Assembly (NCBI GenBank): GCA_963786955.1
Contig: CAWBAT010000005.1
Location: forward strand, 288,001-352,000
Origin: an uncultured Acidimicrobiia bacterium
GTDB taxonomy: Bacteria; Acidobacteriota; Terriglobia; Versatilivoradales; Versatilivoraceae
Length of the DNA stretch: 64,000 nucleotides
Direction: 5' to 3'
Every line of letters begins with the position of its first letter. Within the stretch, counting starts at the first letter, position 1. The translations under genes were made by a program, and so were the position numbers. Shown here one piece after another: positions 21,699 to 30,701 of this stretch. The notes under the pieces were generated by a model. That model was not told where the DNA came from. It made no database searches and was given only the letters and a program-made list of their open reading frames with translations.

Positions 21699-21763
21699 TG
21701 ATTCTCCAACCCCTAAATTGAGACAACCTTAACAGCTTGCACGGACCATCGACCGCAGCCGCT

Positions 21764-22372
21764 TCAACCCAGGAAGCCAGCTTTGTCCACAGGCCAGTAA
21801 CGAAATACAGCCTTCCCATAAATATATTTCCTCGGGACCAACCCCCAGGATCGGCTATCATTGCTGGCGTTCCGATGATCTCCCAGCACGTAATAAAAAC
21901 CCTCTTTAACTCGAATCGGGGCATAGGAGTCCAAATCCTGGTACCCAGTGGGAACGTATCGCTCTTGTAACAATTGGCCGTTGATGTAGACCTGCCCGTC
22001 TTTGATCTGGATAACATCTCCAGGGACTCCCACAACTCTTTTGATAAATGACTTACTCGGATCCTTAGGATACCAGAACACGACAATATCTCCGCGCTGG
22101 ATGCCTTCAAAATGATACACGAACTTATTGACGAAAATCCTTTCCTGGTCCAACAGCTCGGGCTGCATGCTGGTTCCCTCGACTTTGACAGGTTGATACA
22201 GAAAGACCACCATGAGAAATGAAATCACGATAGCCAACAGAATATCCTTGACCCAACCTCTGAATTCAACCAATAAGCCTGACCGAGGTTGCACGTAGCT
22301 GCGCTCCCGTCCCGTGGACTCAGGCCCCCGTAAATTCAACCCGCCATATCGATTCATAGATTTTCTTCTCAA
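21764..22372 (-). CDS. lepB: Signal peptidase I
   Basis: GTSMQP (catalytic Ser), IKRVVGVPGD (Lys), GDHRNASNDSR. Confidence 0.95.
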   Translation of the reverse strand: MRRKSMNRYGGLNLRGPESTGRERSYVQPRSGLLVEFRGWVKDILLAIVISFLMVVFLYQPVKVEGTSMQPELLDQERIFVNKFVYHFEGIQRGDIVVFWYPKDPSKSFIKRVVGVPGDVIQIKDGQVYINGQLLQERYVPTGYQDLDSYAPIRVKEGFYYVLGDHRNASNDSRSWGLVPRKYIYGKAVFRYWPVDKAGFLG

Positions 22373-22519
22373 TCGCGCGTATCGGTTACCTCAAAACTCA
22401 AAAAAACTTATAACACAAAAAGCGGGGGTCCTCAACAAGGAGGATTTCCCAATCTCAATTAATGATAGGATAGATCTGATTTATCTCTTAGAAGCTGCCT
22501 TCTCTCCATCCGATAAACA

Positions 22520-23257
22520 GTGCCCAAAAGCCGACTCGCCGTAATCATCCCGGCCTTAAATGAAGAACAATCGATTGGTTGGGTCATCCGGGATATCCCG
22601 AAAGAAATAGTTTTCACAATCATTGTGGCAGATAACGGTAGCCAAGACGAAACCTGCAAAGTGGCCAGGGCGGAAGGAGCCACAGTCGTCTCTGAGCCCA
22701 AGCGAGGCTATGGAAACGCCTGCCTTGCCGGCTTAGCTGCGTTGCCTCCAACAACGGACATTGTAGCCTTTATGGACGCTGACTATAGCGACTACCCCGA
22801 GCAACTTCGACAATTGCTGACCGCAATGGAAGAGCAGCAGGCGGACCTGGCCGTTGGCTCCCGAGTCCTGGGAAAACGGCAACGTGGCTCTTTGACACCC
22901 CAACAGAGATTTGGGAACTGGCTTTCTACCCGTTTGATTTCTCTACTCTTTGGATTTCGCTACACTGATTTGGGGCCATTCCGCATGGCTCGGGTCTCAG
23001 CATTGCGAAAACTTGAGATGCAAGATTGCAGTTACGGTTGGACAGTGGAAATGCAGGTCAAAGCTCTCCTACACGGGCTCAAAGTAGTCGAAGTCCCAGT
23101 GGATTATAGAAAGAGGATTGGACGCTCCAAGGTTTCAGGAACCATTGCAGGAAATTTCAAGGCCGGTCTTAAGATCTTGTGGACGATTGGGAAACTGTTT
23201 ACAAAAGAAAAATTTCGCTATTTTCTGAAAAGTTCGTTCCATTCGAAAACACCGTAA
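22520..23257 (+). CDS. Glycosyltransferase family 2 (DPM-synthase-like)
   Basis: IIPALNEE, DNGSQD, GYGNAC, MDAD, TDLGPFR. Confidence 0.93.
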   Translation: MPKSRLAVIIPALNEEQSIGWVIRDIPKEIVFTIIVADNGSQDETCKVARAEGATVVSEPKRGYGNACLAGLAALPPTTDIVAFMDADYSDYPEQLRQLLTAMEEQQADLAVGSRVLGKRQRGSLTPQQRFGNWLSTRLISLLFGFRYTDLGPFRMARVSALRKLEMQDCSYGWTVEMQVKALLHGLKVVEVPVDYRKRIGRSKVSGTIAGNFKAGLKILWTIGKLFTKEKFRYFLKSSFHSKTP

Positions 23258-23296
23258 AACGTCACTCGAATAGACAAACCAAGAAAGGATACGCTG

Positions 23297-24375
23297 ATGG
23301 ATGAATGCTTGAGATATCTTGTCGCCTTGTGTCAAACGGATCAGGCAAATCCGCTGCATCGGTCGGAGATGAAACGCAATACCGAATCCATGCTCCGGAT
23401 GCTGGAAGACGCGGTGGTGGGATATGCGCCCTTCATGCCGGTGAGACTTGTGGTCTTCCCGGAATTCGGACATGCCGCACCGGCCTATACTACCCTAAAG
23501 GAGCTGCGCGAGAAATTAGCTGTCCCTATTCCCAATGAGCACACGGAAAAGATGCTCTCCAAAGCCAAGGAATTTGGTTTATATATCCAGAGTGGCAGCA
23601 TGCTGGAAATAGATGAAAAATGGCCGGGCGCAGTCTTTAACACAACCTGTCTCATCGGACCGGAAGGGATCCTTTACAAGTATCGAAAAGTGAATCCCTG
23701 GATTCCCTGGGAGGTCCACACCAGCCCTCATGATATCGCGGGGTATGACGAAGAGCTTTTCCCAGTTGCCCACACGCCGATTGGAAATATCGGAGCAGCC
23801 ATTTGCTATGATTGGCTTTTTCCCGAAACTCTCCGCCAGCTCACAGCCAATGGTGCAGAGATTCTGGTGCGGGTATCCGCCTATATGGACCCATTCGGGA
23901 CGACGGAACCCATGGACTGGTGGACTGTCGTGAACCGCTGCCGCGCGATCGAAAATCTCTGTTTTGTAGTGGCTGCCAATCAGGGGGCCAGTCTTAGAAA
24001 CTATCCCCCTTTTTCTTGGCCTGGAGGAAGTATGGCCGTGGACTATGATGGACGCATTCTAGCTCAAGCATCTCCTGGCCCCGGAGAGCGAATCGTTGTG
24101 GCCTCGTTGGATATTGAAGCTTTAAGGCAAGCCAGAAAGACCCGCAGGGCCCATCAGATGCTCGCTCATCTAAGGACAGAATGCTACCCTTCCTCAGGAA
24201 ACAATACTATCCTCCCCAGACATTCAACTCGAAAGCGGAACTGAGGGTTTCGGAATTGGAAACGAGAATCGATGACGCAAAGCGAAGGATAGGTTATCTG
24301 GGGAAGGAAGAAGTCTCACCCACGCACAACATTGAGAGAGCTCTAAAGAAATCGGGTGCCAGTGAAAATTCTTAA
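23297..24375 (+). CDS. Nitrilase/carbon-nitrogen hydrolase family protein; C-terminal tail probably frameshifted near 24190
   Basis: VFPE, YRK, ICYD catalytic triad; protein-like continuation FLRKQYYPP...RIDDAKRRIGY in the neighbouring frame to stop 24375. Confidence 0.85.
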
Positions 24376-24406
24376 GGTGAATAGGTTGAGATGTACAGGC
24401 AGTCGG

Positions 24407-24476
24407 CTTGAGGGCAGAGGCCCCCCCGGTCTTTGCCCTCAAAAAAGAAAAAGGCAGGAAGAATCTCCTGCCTTTA
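24407..24476. terminator. Two hairpins between convergent genes; intrinsic terminator for the minus-strand gene
   Basis: ttgagggca...tgccctcaa and aaaggcagga/tcctgccttt stems separated by an A-rich run (U-tail on minus strand). Confidence 0.7.
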
Positions 24477-24515
24477 TGAACCGTTTGCCCAGTTCAGATC
24501 ATGATCGATCTTTAG

Positions 24516-24848
24516 TTATTTCTTTTCCTTGGGCATTTCAATCTTGCTGATGGTGATTGTTTTTGCGTCTTTGTCTTCCTTTCCTTCCACGATAACCTGG
24601 TGTCCTTCATGCCCGGCAGCCTTTTCTGGATTGGTAATGACAAAGAGATCATCTCCAACGAGCAACGCCAACTTGGCACCTTTGCTGGCTACGCAACTTT
24701 TAATGCAGGCAATATCCTTATCGGTCCCTGCTTTGTGAGCTGCGCCGCATTTGTTTTCAACAATCACGCCGGTGATTTTGCTAGCCATCACCATCGACGC
24801 ACCCAATGTGAGTGCCAGTACTAACGACAGAGCGAATGTCCGCTTCAT
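24516..24848 (-). CDS. Small secreted protein with Cys/His motif
   Basis: Signal peptide; KCGAAH...ACIKSC; GAGGAG RBS. Confidence 0.85.
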   Translation of the reverse strand: MKRTFALSLVLALTLGASMVMASKITGVIVENKCGAAHKAGTDKDIACIKSCVASKGAKLALLVGDDLFVITNPEKAAGHEGHQVIVEGKEDKDAKTITISKIEMPKEKK

Positions 24849-25496
24849 AGTGTAGTTTTCTCCTCTTCAGTCTTGCATTTTTTACTGGATTTTTTAGACG
24901 CCCACTTAGATTATGCTAAACGGATGATTGGGAGATGTCAAGCGCGGAGATATGAGCCCAATTCAATTTCAATGTGAACACCCCATGGATGCTTGAAGCG
25001 TCTCCAGGATCCAGAAAGGTTGAGCTCGCCGACTCTTAAGTTCTAGAAAATGCCCCGCCGTATCTTCAGATTTGTCAACTGCTGTGAAAGGCCTCGCCCA
25101 GAGGTGGGAGAGGTCAAAAGAGGAGACTGCCATTGAAACTACTCAGTGGAAAACCAAGGCGACGGGGCATGCACAGTAAATCATCTTTCTAAGGGATATG
25201 CAATTTCTTTTAGCCTCTGAATAAGTGAAAGATCGGGTGTCCTTAATGGGTTCCTGAATCGGCTTTCATAGAAGTTCGTCCACTTTGTCTGAATATGAAT
25301 CCATTGCGCCTGTCAAGTGCGGACATTCTATTTGACAGTTTCTTGGATCTTGCGTTAGGCTGACCGCTCAAATTGCTGTCCTTTTCGAAAATTGGCAGTC
25401 TTTTATGGCATTCTGCTCTAGAGCCGCCAGATCCGTCTCTGCAACCGAGTTTAATTTCCCCGGGCTGCACCCAACGATAGGTCGGAAGGAAATTCA

Positions 25497-26852
25497 ATGA
25501 GTTTACCCTCTGGTCATGATCAACATGCCGGCTATAGTAAGAGTAAGTTATTTCTAGTTAGTGTCCTTGCATTGACCACGGCGGGGATGGGATTTGCCCT
25601 GCGAAGCGGTATTGCCGGTGATTTGCAAACCCGCTTGTTTGATCCCATTGACAAACTGCGATCGGCTGAAATGGTTGGAAGCGCGTTGGGAGTGGTGTTT
25701 CTGGGATTCGCGTTTACGATTGCGATTGGCAGCCCCCTACTGGATTACCTGGGGATGGGCCGTCTCCTGGGGCTTTCGAGTTCCTGCTTTATTGTGGGCA
25801 GCATCATTGTTATCTTTGCGGAAAAACTGAGTGGGAGCGTCCCACTTTTCTGGGTAGTGTGGGGCGGAATGCTGGTAATCGGGGTTGGCCAGGGGTTAGT
25901 GGAAACAGTGATTAATCCGCTGACAGCCACTTTGTACCCTGACGACAAAACCCATAAACTCAACGTCCTTCACGCCTGGTGGCCTGGAGGAATCATCCTC
26001 GGAGGGGTCCTGGGACTTTTATTCGGTGTGCTGCAGCTCGGTTGGCAAGCTAAGCTAGGGATCGTTATTTTGCCTGCAGCGGTATTTGGAACCCTGTTAA
26101 TTGGAACAAAATTCCCTCCCACCGAACGAGTCGCTTCAGGAGTTTCGGCACGCCAAATGTTTCGCGAAGTTCTACGCCCTTTCTTTCTGGTTTGGTTTTT
26201 CGCCATGTTTCTCACGGCGGCCTCAGAGCTGGCTCCAGGACAATGGGTTGATATTGCTCTGACTCGCACAGTGGGGATGCAAGGGATCTGGCTCTTGATT
26301 TATGTGAGTGGGATGATGTTTGTCATGCGGCACTTCGCTGGGCCTATCGCTCATAAATTATCTCCCGTCGGACTCTTGTGGGTTTCCAGCCTGCTGGCTT
26401 CCGTTGGCCTTTTACTCTTGAGTACGGCCAACTCTCCCTTCACGGCTATTCTGGCAGCCACAGTCTGGGGAACCGGTGTCTGCTACATGTGGCCTACCAT
26501 GTTGGCTTCGGCTTCTGAACGATTTCCCCGTGGAGGAGCGTTGCTCATTGGTTTGATGGGTACTGCCGGGACGTTATCGATCTATTATGTGCTCCCCCAG
26601 ATGGGGATGATCTTTGATCATTCTAAAATCAAAGCTGCCGGAGGCGAGGAAGCCTTCAAAATGCTAAGAGGAGAGGAACTCAACAAAGTGTTAGCTGTTG
26701 CTTCCCAAATGTCTTTCCGGTATGTCGCCATTTTGCCGGCAATCCTCCTCTTGGTTTTTGGAGCGATCTGGGTATACGATAAGTCTCGAGGCGGTTATAA
26801 GCCAGTGAAGCTCTCTGCCCAGCCGGTTGACGGCCATTCGCAGCAGCTATAA
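25497..26852 (+). CDS. MFS transporter
   Basis: About 12 hydrophobic segments; ETVINPLTATLYP, LNVLHAWWPGG, WPTML. Confidence 0.9.
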   Translation: MSLPSGHDQHAGYSKSKLFLVSVLALTTAGMGFALRSGIAGDLQTRLFDPIDKLRSAEMVGSALGVVFLGFAFTIAIGSPLLDYLGMGRLLGLSSSCFIVGSIIVIFAEKLSGSVPLFWVVWGGMLVIGVGQGLVETVINPLTATLYPDDKTHKLNVLHAWWPGGIILGGVLGLLFGVLQLGWQAKLGIVILPAAVFGTLLIGTKFPPTERVASGVSARQMFREVLRPFFLVWFFAMFLTAASELAPGQWVDIALTRTVGMQGIWLLIYVSGMMFVMRHFAGPIAHKLSPVGLLWVSSLLASVGLLLLSTANSPFTAILAATVWGTGVCYMWPTMLASASERFPRGGALLIGLMGTAGTLSIYYVLPQMGMIFDHSKIKAAGGEEAFKMLRGEELNKVLAVASQMSFRYVAILPAILLLVFGAIWVYDKSRGGYKPVKLSAQPVDGHSQQL

Positions 26853-26931
26853 ATTTAATTGTTTTGACCCCCGTTCATCCTTAATTTATTTTCGTTTGAC
26901 TCCAAATTTCTAATATTCAGGAGATCCTAAG

Positions 26932-27747
26932 ATGCGTAAATTGATCATCCTCATAGGGGCACTCCTATTGGTGCCGCTGGCTCTGCAGGCTGCAAAAGTC
27001 AAAGCCTTGTTTATTGACCATAACAAGAAACCTGTCACCCTTGTTGACTGCAAATTAGTCAACAAAGCCACTGGACAAGAATTCATCTCGAAAGCCAACA
27101 AGAAAGGCGAGGCGGATTTTGAGAAGGTCGTGGCAGGGGATTATGTCGTCCAGGCTACCGGGAAAGGGTATTTCGATGCGTCTTCTGAGAAATTTTCTGT
27201 TACTGATTCAGAAAAGGATGTTTCCGTAACTGTGCAGTTGATTGATGCAAAAGTTTTCAAAGCCAAAGAAGATGAGGCTAACAAGCTCTTGACCAATTCA
27301 AAATTCAAAGAGGCCGCGGAAATCTACAGGGAAATGCTAAAAATGGCTCCGAAAGAAGCCGTAGTATGGGGCAATCTGGCCAAAGCCGAAGCTGGGATGA
27401 TGGATCATCAAGGGGCTCTCGAAGCCGTAACGAAGGCCGCCGAGCTTGATCCTAAGGAGTTTGGTAGTCTAAAATTACAGATGGCAACCTGGGTGAACTT
27501 TAACGAGGGGCTGCAAGCCCTACAGAGAAAGGATTATCCCAAAGCAATCAAGTTGTTGACGGAGGCTTTGAAAACCCAACCCGAGAACCCTGACGGTTAT
27601 TACAATCTAGCTCTGGCTTACGGACATCAAAAGAAATATGACGAAGCACTGAAAAATATCAACGAGGCCTTAAAACTGAAGCCAAACGAAAAAGCTTATT
27701 TGGAAGTCAAACGTATCCTCGAAAATAATGCAAAGGAGGATAATTAG
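26932..27747 (+). CDS. Secreted carboxypeptidase-regulatory-like domain plus TPR protein
   Basis: Signal peptide, beta-rich N-domain (GDYVVQA), TPR helices (YYNLALAYGHQKKYDEAL); AGGAG RBS. Confidence 0.85.
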   Translation: MRKLIILIGALLLVPLALQAAKVKALFIDHNKKPVTLVDCKLVNKATGQEFISKANKKGEADFEKVVAGDYVVQATGKGYFDASSEKFSVTDSEKDVSVTVQLIDAKVFKAKEDEANKLLTNSKFKEAAEIYREMLKMAPKEAVVWGNLAKAEAGMMDHQGALEAVTKAAELDPKEFGSLKLQMATWVNFNEGLQALQRKDYPKAIKLLTEALKTQPENPDGYYNLALAYGHQKKYDEALKNINEALKLKPNEKAYLEVKRILENNAKEDN

Positions 27748-27894
27748 TCACAACTCCTCGGAGACTTCTACCCCGACTGGGCCCGCAGTTTTTTCACTCC
27801 ACCCCTGCCCAAAAAGTAGGAAGGCGCAATCTGATCTTTTCGTTCCATATGGCCTTTGTATTATAGGGCCCTTATTCATGGATTAATTCTGCCC

Positions 27895-28857
27895 ATGACC
27901 ACCAAAGTCATCCTCAATGGCAATCGCTACCTGAAGGCCGACTTACACTGCCATTCTTATTTCAGTGGAAAGACCGCTCATGTGAAGGCCCTTGAGCCCA
28001 TGGACTGCTATTCTTCGCCGCAGGGAGTCTATAGACAGGCTAAAGCTCGTGGGATGGACCTTGTGACCATCACTGATCATGATTCCATCGACGGCTGTCT
28101 CGATTTCTTGGAAAAATTTCCAGAAAAATTGGACGAGGATTTCATTATCGGAGAGGAAGTCACTGCCCAACTTCCGGAGTTTGGATCTAAGGTTCATATC
28201 GCAGTCTATGATATTACCGAAACCCAACACCATGAGATTTCCCGTTTAAAAGCAAATTTTGATGAGTTGATCTTATTCCTTCGCTCGAATCGCATCCTCT
28301 ATGTGCTCAATCACACCTTTCACGGCTTTCCCAAACGCCAGCATGGACTCAAATTTCTGGAGAAGATGCTCGATTCGTTCGAGATTTTTGAAGGATTAAA
28401 TGGTGCCATCGGGCCCTGCCAAAACGGTGTGATTTCCCAAATGATTCAAAGATTTCCAAACAAGACGCTCGTAGCCGGCAGTGATTCCCATACTCTGGTG
28501 CGATTGGGTTCGTGCTTTACGTTAGGGCAGGGTGAGAATCGGCGAGAGTTCCTGCAAAGCCTGCGGACGGGAAGTGTTGCCATGGCAGGGGAAAGCGGCA
28601 GTTTCATCCATATCTTTGGCGATGCGATGGGAGTCTACCTGGCTTATTTCAGAGATGTGGCTTTCCGTAACCAGGTCCATCGCGAGTGGTCTATACCCAA
28701 AAAGGTCAGGAATGGGTTGGGCTGGGCAGGGTATTTGCCAGTCTTTTTCATACTTTCCCTTGCTTATGCCATTGTCTATGACCGGCTCGAAGCTCGAAAA
28801 TACCCCTACTATCGAGAACTCATGCAACAGGCGATGATTCGCCGAGGAGTGGGTTAA
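27895..28857 (+). CDS. PHP-domain metal-dependent phosphoesterase family protein
   Basis: DLHCHS, VTITDHD, LNH, GSDSH. Confidence 0.9.
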   Translation: MTTKVILNGNRYLKADLHCHSYFSGKTAHVKALEPMDCYSSPQGVYRQAKARGMDLVTITDHDSIDGCLDFLEKFPEKLDEDFIIGEEVTAQLPEFGSKVHIAVYDITETQHHEISRLKANFDELILFLRSNRILYVLNHTFHGFPKRQHGLKFLEKMLDSFEIFEGLNGAIGPCQNGVISQMIQRFPNKTLVAGSDSHTLVRLGSCFTLGQGENRREFLQSLRTGSVAMAGESGSFIHIFGDAMGVYLAYFRDVAFRNQVHREWSIPKKVRNGLGWAGYLPVFFILSLAYAIVYDRLEARKYPYYRELMQQAMIRRGVG

Positions 28858-28869
28858 ATTCAGCCTAGA

Positions 28870-28928
28870 AACAAAAAAACCTGCCTCATCTGACCATATA
28901 ACAGAAAACTGGATGACAAGGCAGGTTT
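28870..28928 (-). terminator. Intrinsic terminator downstream of the Lys-rich peptide gene
   Basis: aaacctgcct-catc ... gatg-(aca)aggcaggttt stem; minus strand ends GCAGGTTTTTTTGTTT. Confidence 0.75.
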
Positions 28929-28944
28929 GAATGGTTCTGGGGTC

Positions 28945-29004
28945 TTATTTCTTTTTTGCTGCTTTCTTGGCTGGTTTCTTCGCCGCTTTCTTAGCTGTAG
29001 CCAT
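28945..29004 (-). CDS. 19-aa Lys/Ala-rich histone-like peptide MATAKKAAKKPAKKAAKKK (not in ORF track)
   Basis: ATG at 29004, perfect AGGAGG (29010-29015) with 5-nt spacer, TAA at 28945-28947, terminator 17 nt downstream. Confidence 0.8.
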   Translation of the reverse strand: MATAKKAAKKPAKKAAKKK

Positions 29005-29130
29005 TTTTTCCTCCTTTCCTCAAAAATAAAGCAGAGAAAGTTCAAACCGTCAACCCAGGGGATTAGCACTTCAAAAGAGAGAAGAACAGGAACGAGTCAA
29101 ACGAGAGCTGGAGCATTTGAACTTGAGCAG

Positions 29131-29388
29131 TCAGGTCGCTTCTTTCTTCTTACCAGGAACTGCGGAGGATTCATCAGGCTCAACTTTTTCGGACGCAGCT
29201 GCCTTCCCCTCAGTTACCGGCTTCCCTTCCTTTGAACTTTCTTTTGCCTCCCTAAGTAACCTTTCTTCCTTCAAATAGCTTGTGATCAATTTGTTAACAA
29301 TCTTCTTGATGGAAGTCCTGTGACGAGTGGAACTCAACTTCAGTTCAATGTGATCCTCATCGTCAATCTCTACATTTATTTTTGCCAT
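29131..29388 (-). CDS. Ribbon-helix-helix-like DNA-binding protein with charged disordered tail
   Basis: KINVEIDDEDHIELKL...TSIKKIVNKLITSYL fits the beta-strand/helix/helix pattern; fold is inferred. Confidence 0.7.
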   Translation of the reverse strand: MAKINVEIDDEDHIELKLSSTRHRTSIKKIVNKLITSYLKEERLLREAKESSKEGKPVTEGKAAASEKVEPDESSAVPGKKKEAT

Positions 29389-29404
29389 CAGGATAATTGT
29401 ATGT

Positions 29405-29482
29405 TATTAGATAGCTACATATGAAAGTAGCTTAGTAATAAGATTCATACAAACTTATAATGCTACTTTTAGTATTTGTCAA
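29405..29482 (-). promoter_or_regulatory. Sigma70-type promoter plus downstream palindromic operator for the RHH gene
   Basis: Minus strand TTGACA (29482-29477), 17 nt, TATAAG (29459-29454); inverted repeat AGCTAC-N8-GTAGCT (29413-29432) flanked by TATTA/TAATA. Confidence 0.75.
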
Positions 29483-29891
29483 CAAAAATTTTAAGTTTGC
29501 TAACCTGTTTAATACATTTGTATTTTCACATCGACTCGCACGACAAAAACTTTAGTACAAAAATCTGTTTTTCCATGACACGTATTCAAGAATTTTCCTG
29601 GAGTGGAATTTGCGGCTTAAGCCGGTGGGCGACGTCCAGTTCAGGATGAAGCCCTCCTTCTCGATGCCGTCGAGGCCTAGGTCCGGCATGAAACATCAAT
29701 CAAATTTGGTGCCGGCGAAGGAATTGAAATTTCTTGAGGCGGAGAGGTGCGTCCTCATTGGACGCGAGCCTGAAGAAGCAAAAGATTTTTTAATCCAAAT
29801 CTTAATTCGTGCGATGAGTAATAGCAGTTAGGTCGCAGAGATAGAAGCGCCCAACGTAGATTTTTTGATCTAAGCTAGGTGCCGGGCAAGC

Positions 29892-30320
29892 ATGAATAAC
29901 CAGAAAATTAACATGGGTGTAGATAGGCGATCGGCTGACCGAGTCAATGACAACTCTTTGCTCGTGGTTGCAGGGAGATTGGTGGGGGGAGAAACCTTCA
30001 GTGAAATGACATCGATCCATGACGTGAGCACAGGGGGTATCTCTTTTTACTTAAACACTCTGTTGGGCGTTGGCGATCTCGTCGATTTGAGCATCTATAC
30101 GGAGAAATGGACCAGTACCGAAGCCGTCCCCCGTTACTATATCCAAGCGAGAGTGTTAAGGGTTTCACCCAATCTCCATAGTAAGAACCAATTTTTTGTC
30201 GCTGCCGAGTTCGCCAGCAACTTTGTCAACTTAAGCTGTGAGGAAGATTTCGATTCGATCGTGCGGCATTTACAACAGGCCGTCGCAAACGACGAAAACC
30301 AGAAACAGCAGTACGAATAA
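29892..30320 (+). CDS. Stand-alone PilZ domain protein
   Basis: RRSADR (RxxxR) and DVSTGG (DxSxxG); ARVLRV...VAAEF. Confidence 0.85.
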   Translation: MNNQKINMGVDRRSADRVNDNSLLVVAGRLVGGETFSEMTSIHDVSTGGISFYLNTLLGVGDLVDLSIYTEKWTSTEAVPRYYIQARVLRVSPNLHSKNQFFVAAEFASNFVNLSCEEDFDSIVRHLQQAVANDENQKQQYE

Positions 30321-30338
30321 ACGGACCCGGAGCCAGAT

Positions 30339-30680
30339 ATGTTTGAAGACAAGAGACGTCAAAAGAGGGTCTGCGTTAGTCTCCCGATTCGAGTAAAATG
30401 GTCTGACAACAAAGGCAATCGATTTGAAGAAGTAACCCGATCCATCGATGTCAGTGCCGACGGGGCACTTTTCCCCTTGAAGGTTCGCCTCACAGCGGGA
30501 ACTCTACTGGAGTTGTCATTACCCTTGCCAAGAAATTTTCAGAAGTCAGCCTACCCAAAACCAGTTTACGAAACCACCGGACTGGTGGTCCGAGTCGAAC
30601 AAACTGGCGATCCGAATAGCTACCGCATTGCTGTTCGTTTCCGGGCCGTGAATGTCAAACAGTACCGCGCCGAATCATAG
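30339..30680 (+). CDS. Stand-alone PilZ domain protein
   Basis: RRQKR and DVSADG; GLVVRV...IAVRF. Confidence 0.87.
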   Translation: MFEDKRRQKRVCVSLPIRVKWSDNKGNRFEEVTRSIDVSADGALFPLKVRLTAGTLLELSLPLPRNFQKSAYPKPVYETTGLVVRVEQTGDPNSYRIAVRFRAVNVKQYRAES

Positions 30681-30701
30681 GACCCCCGCCTCAGACAAAA
30701 C

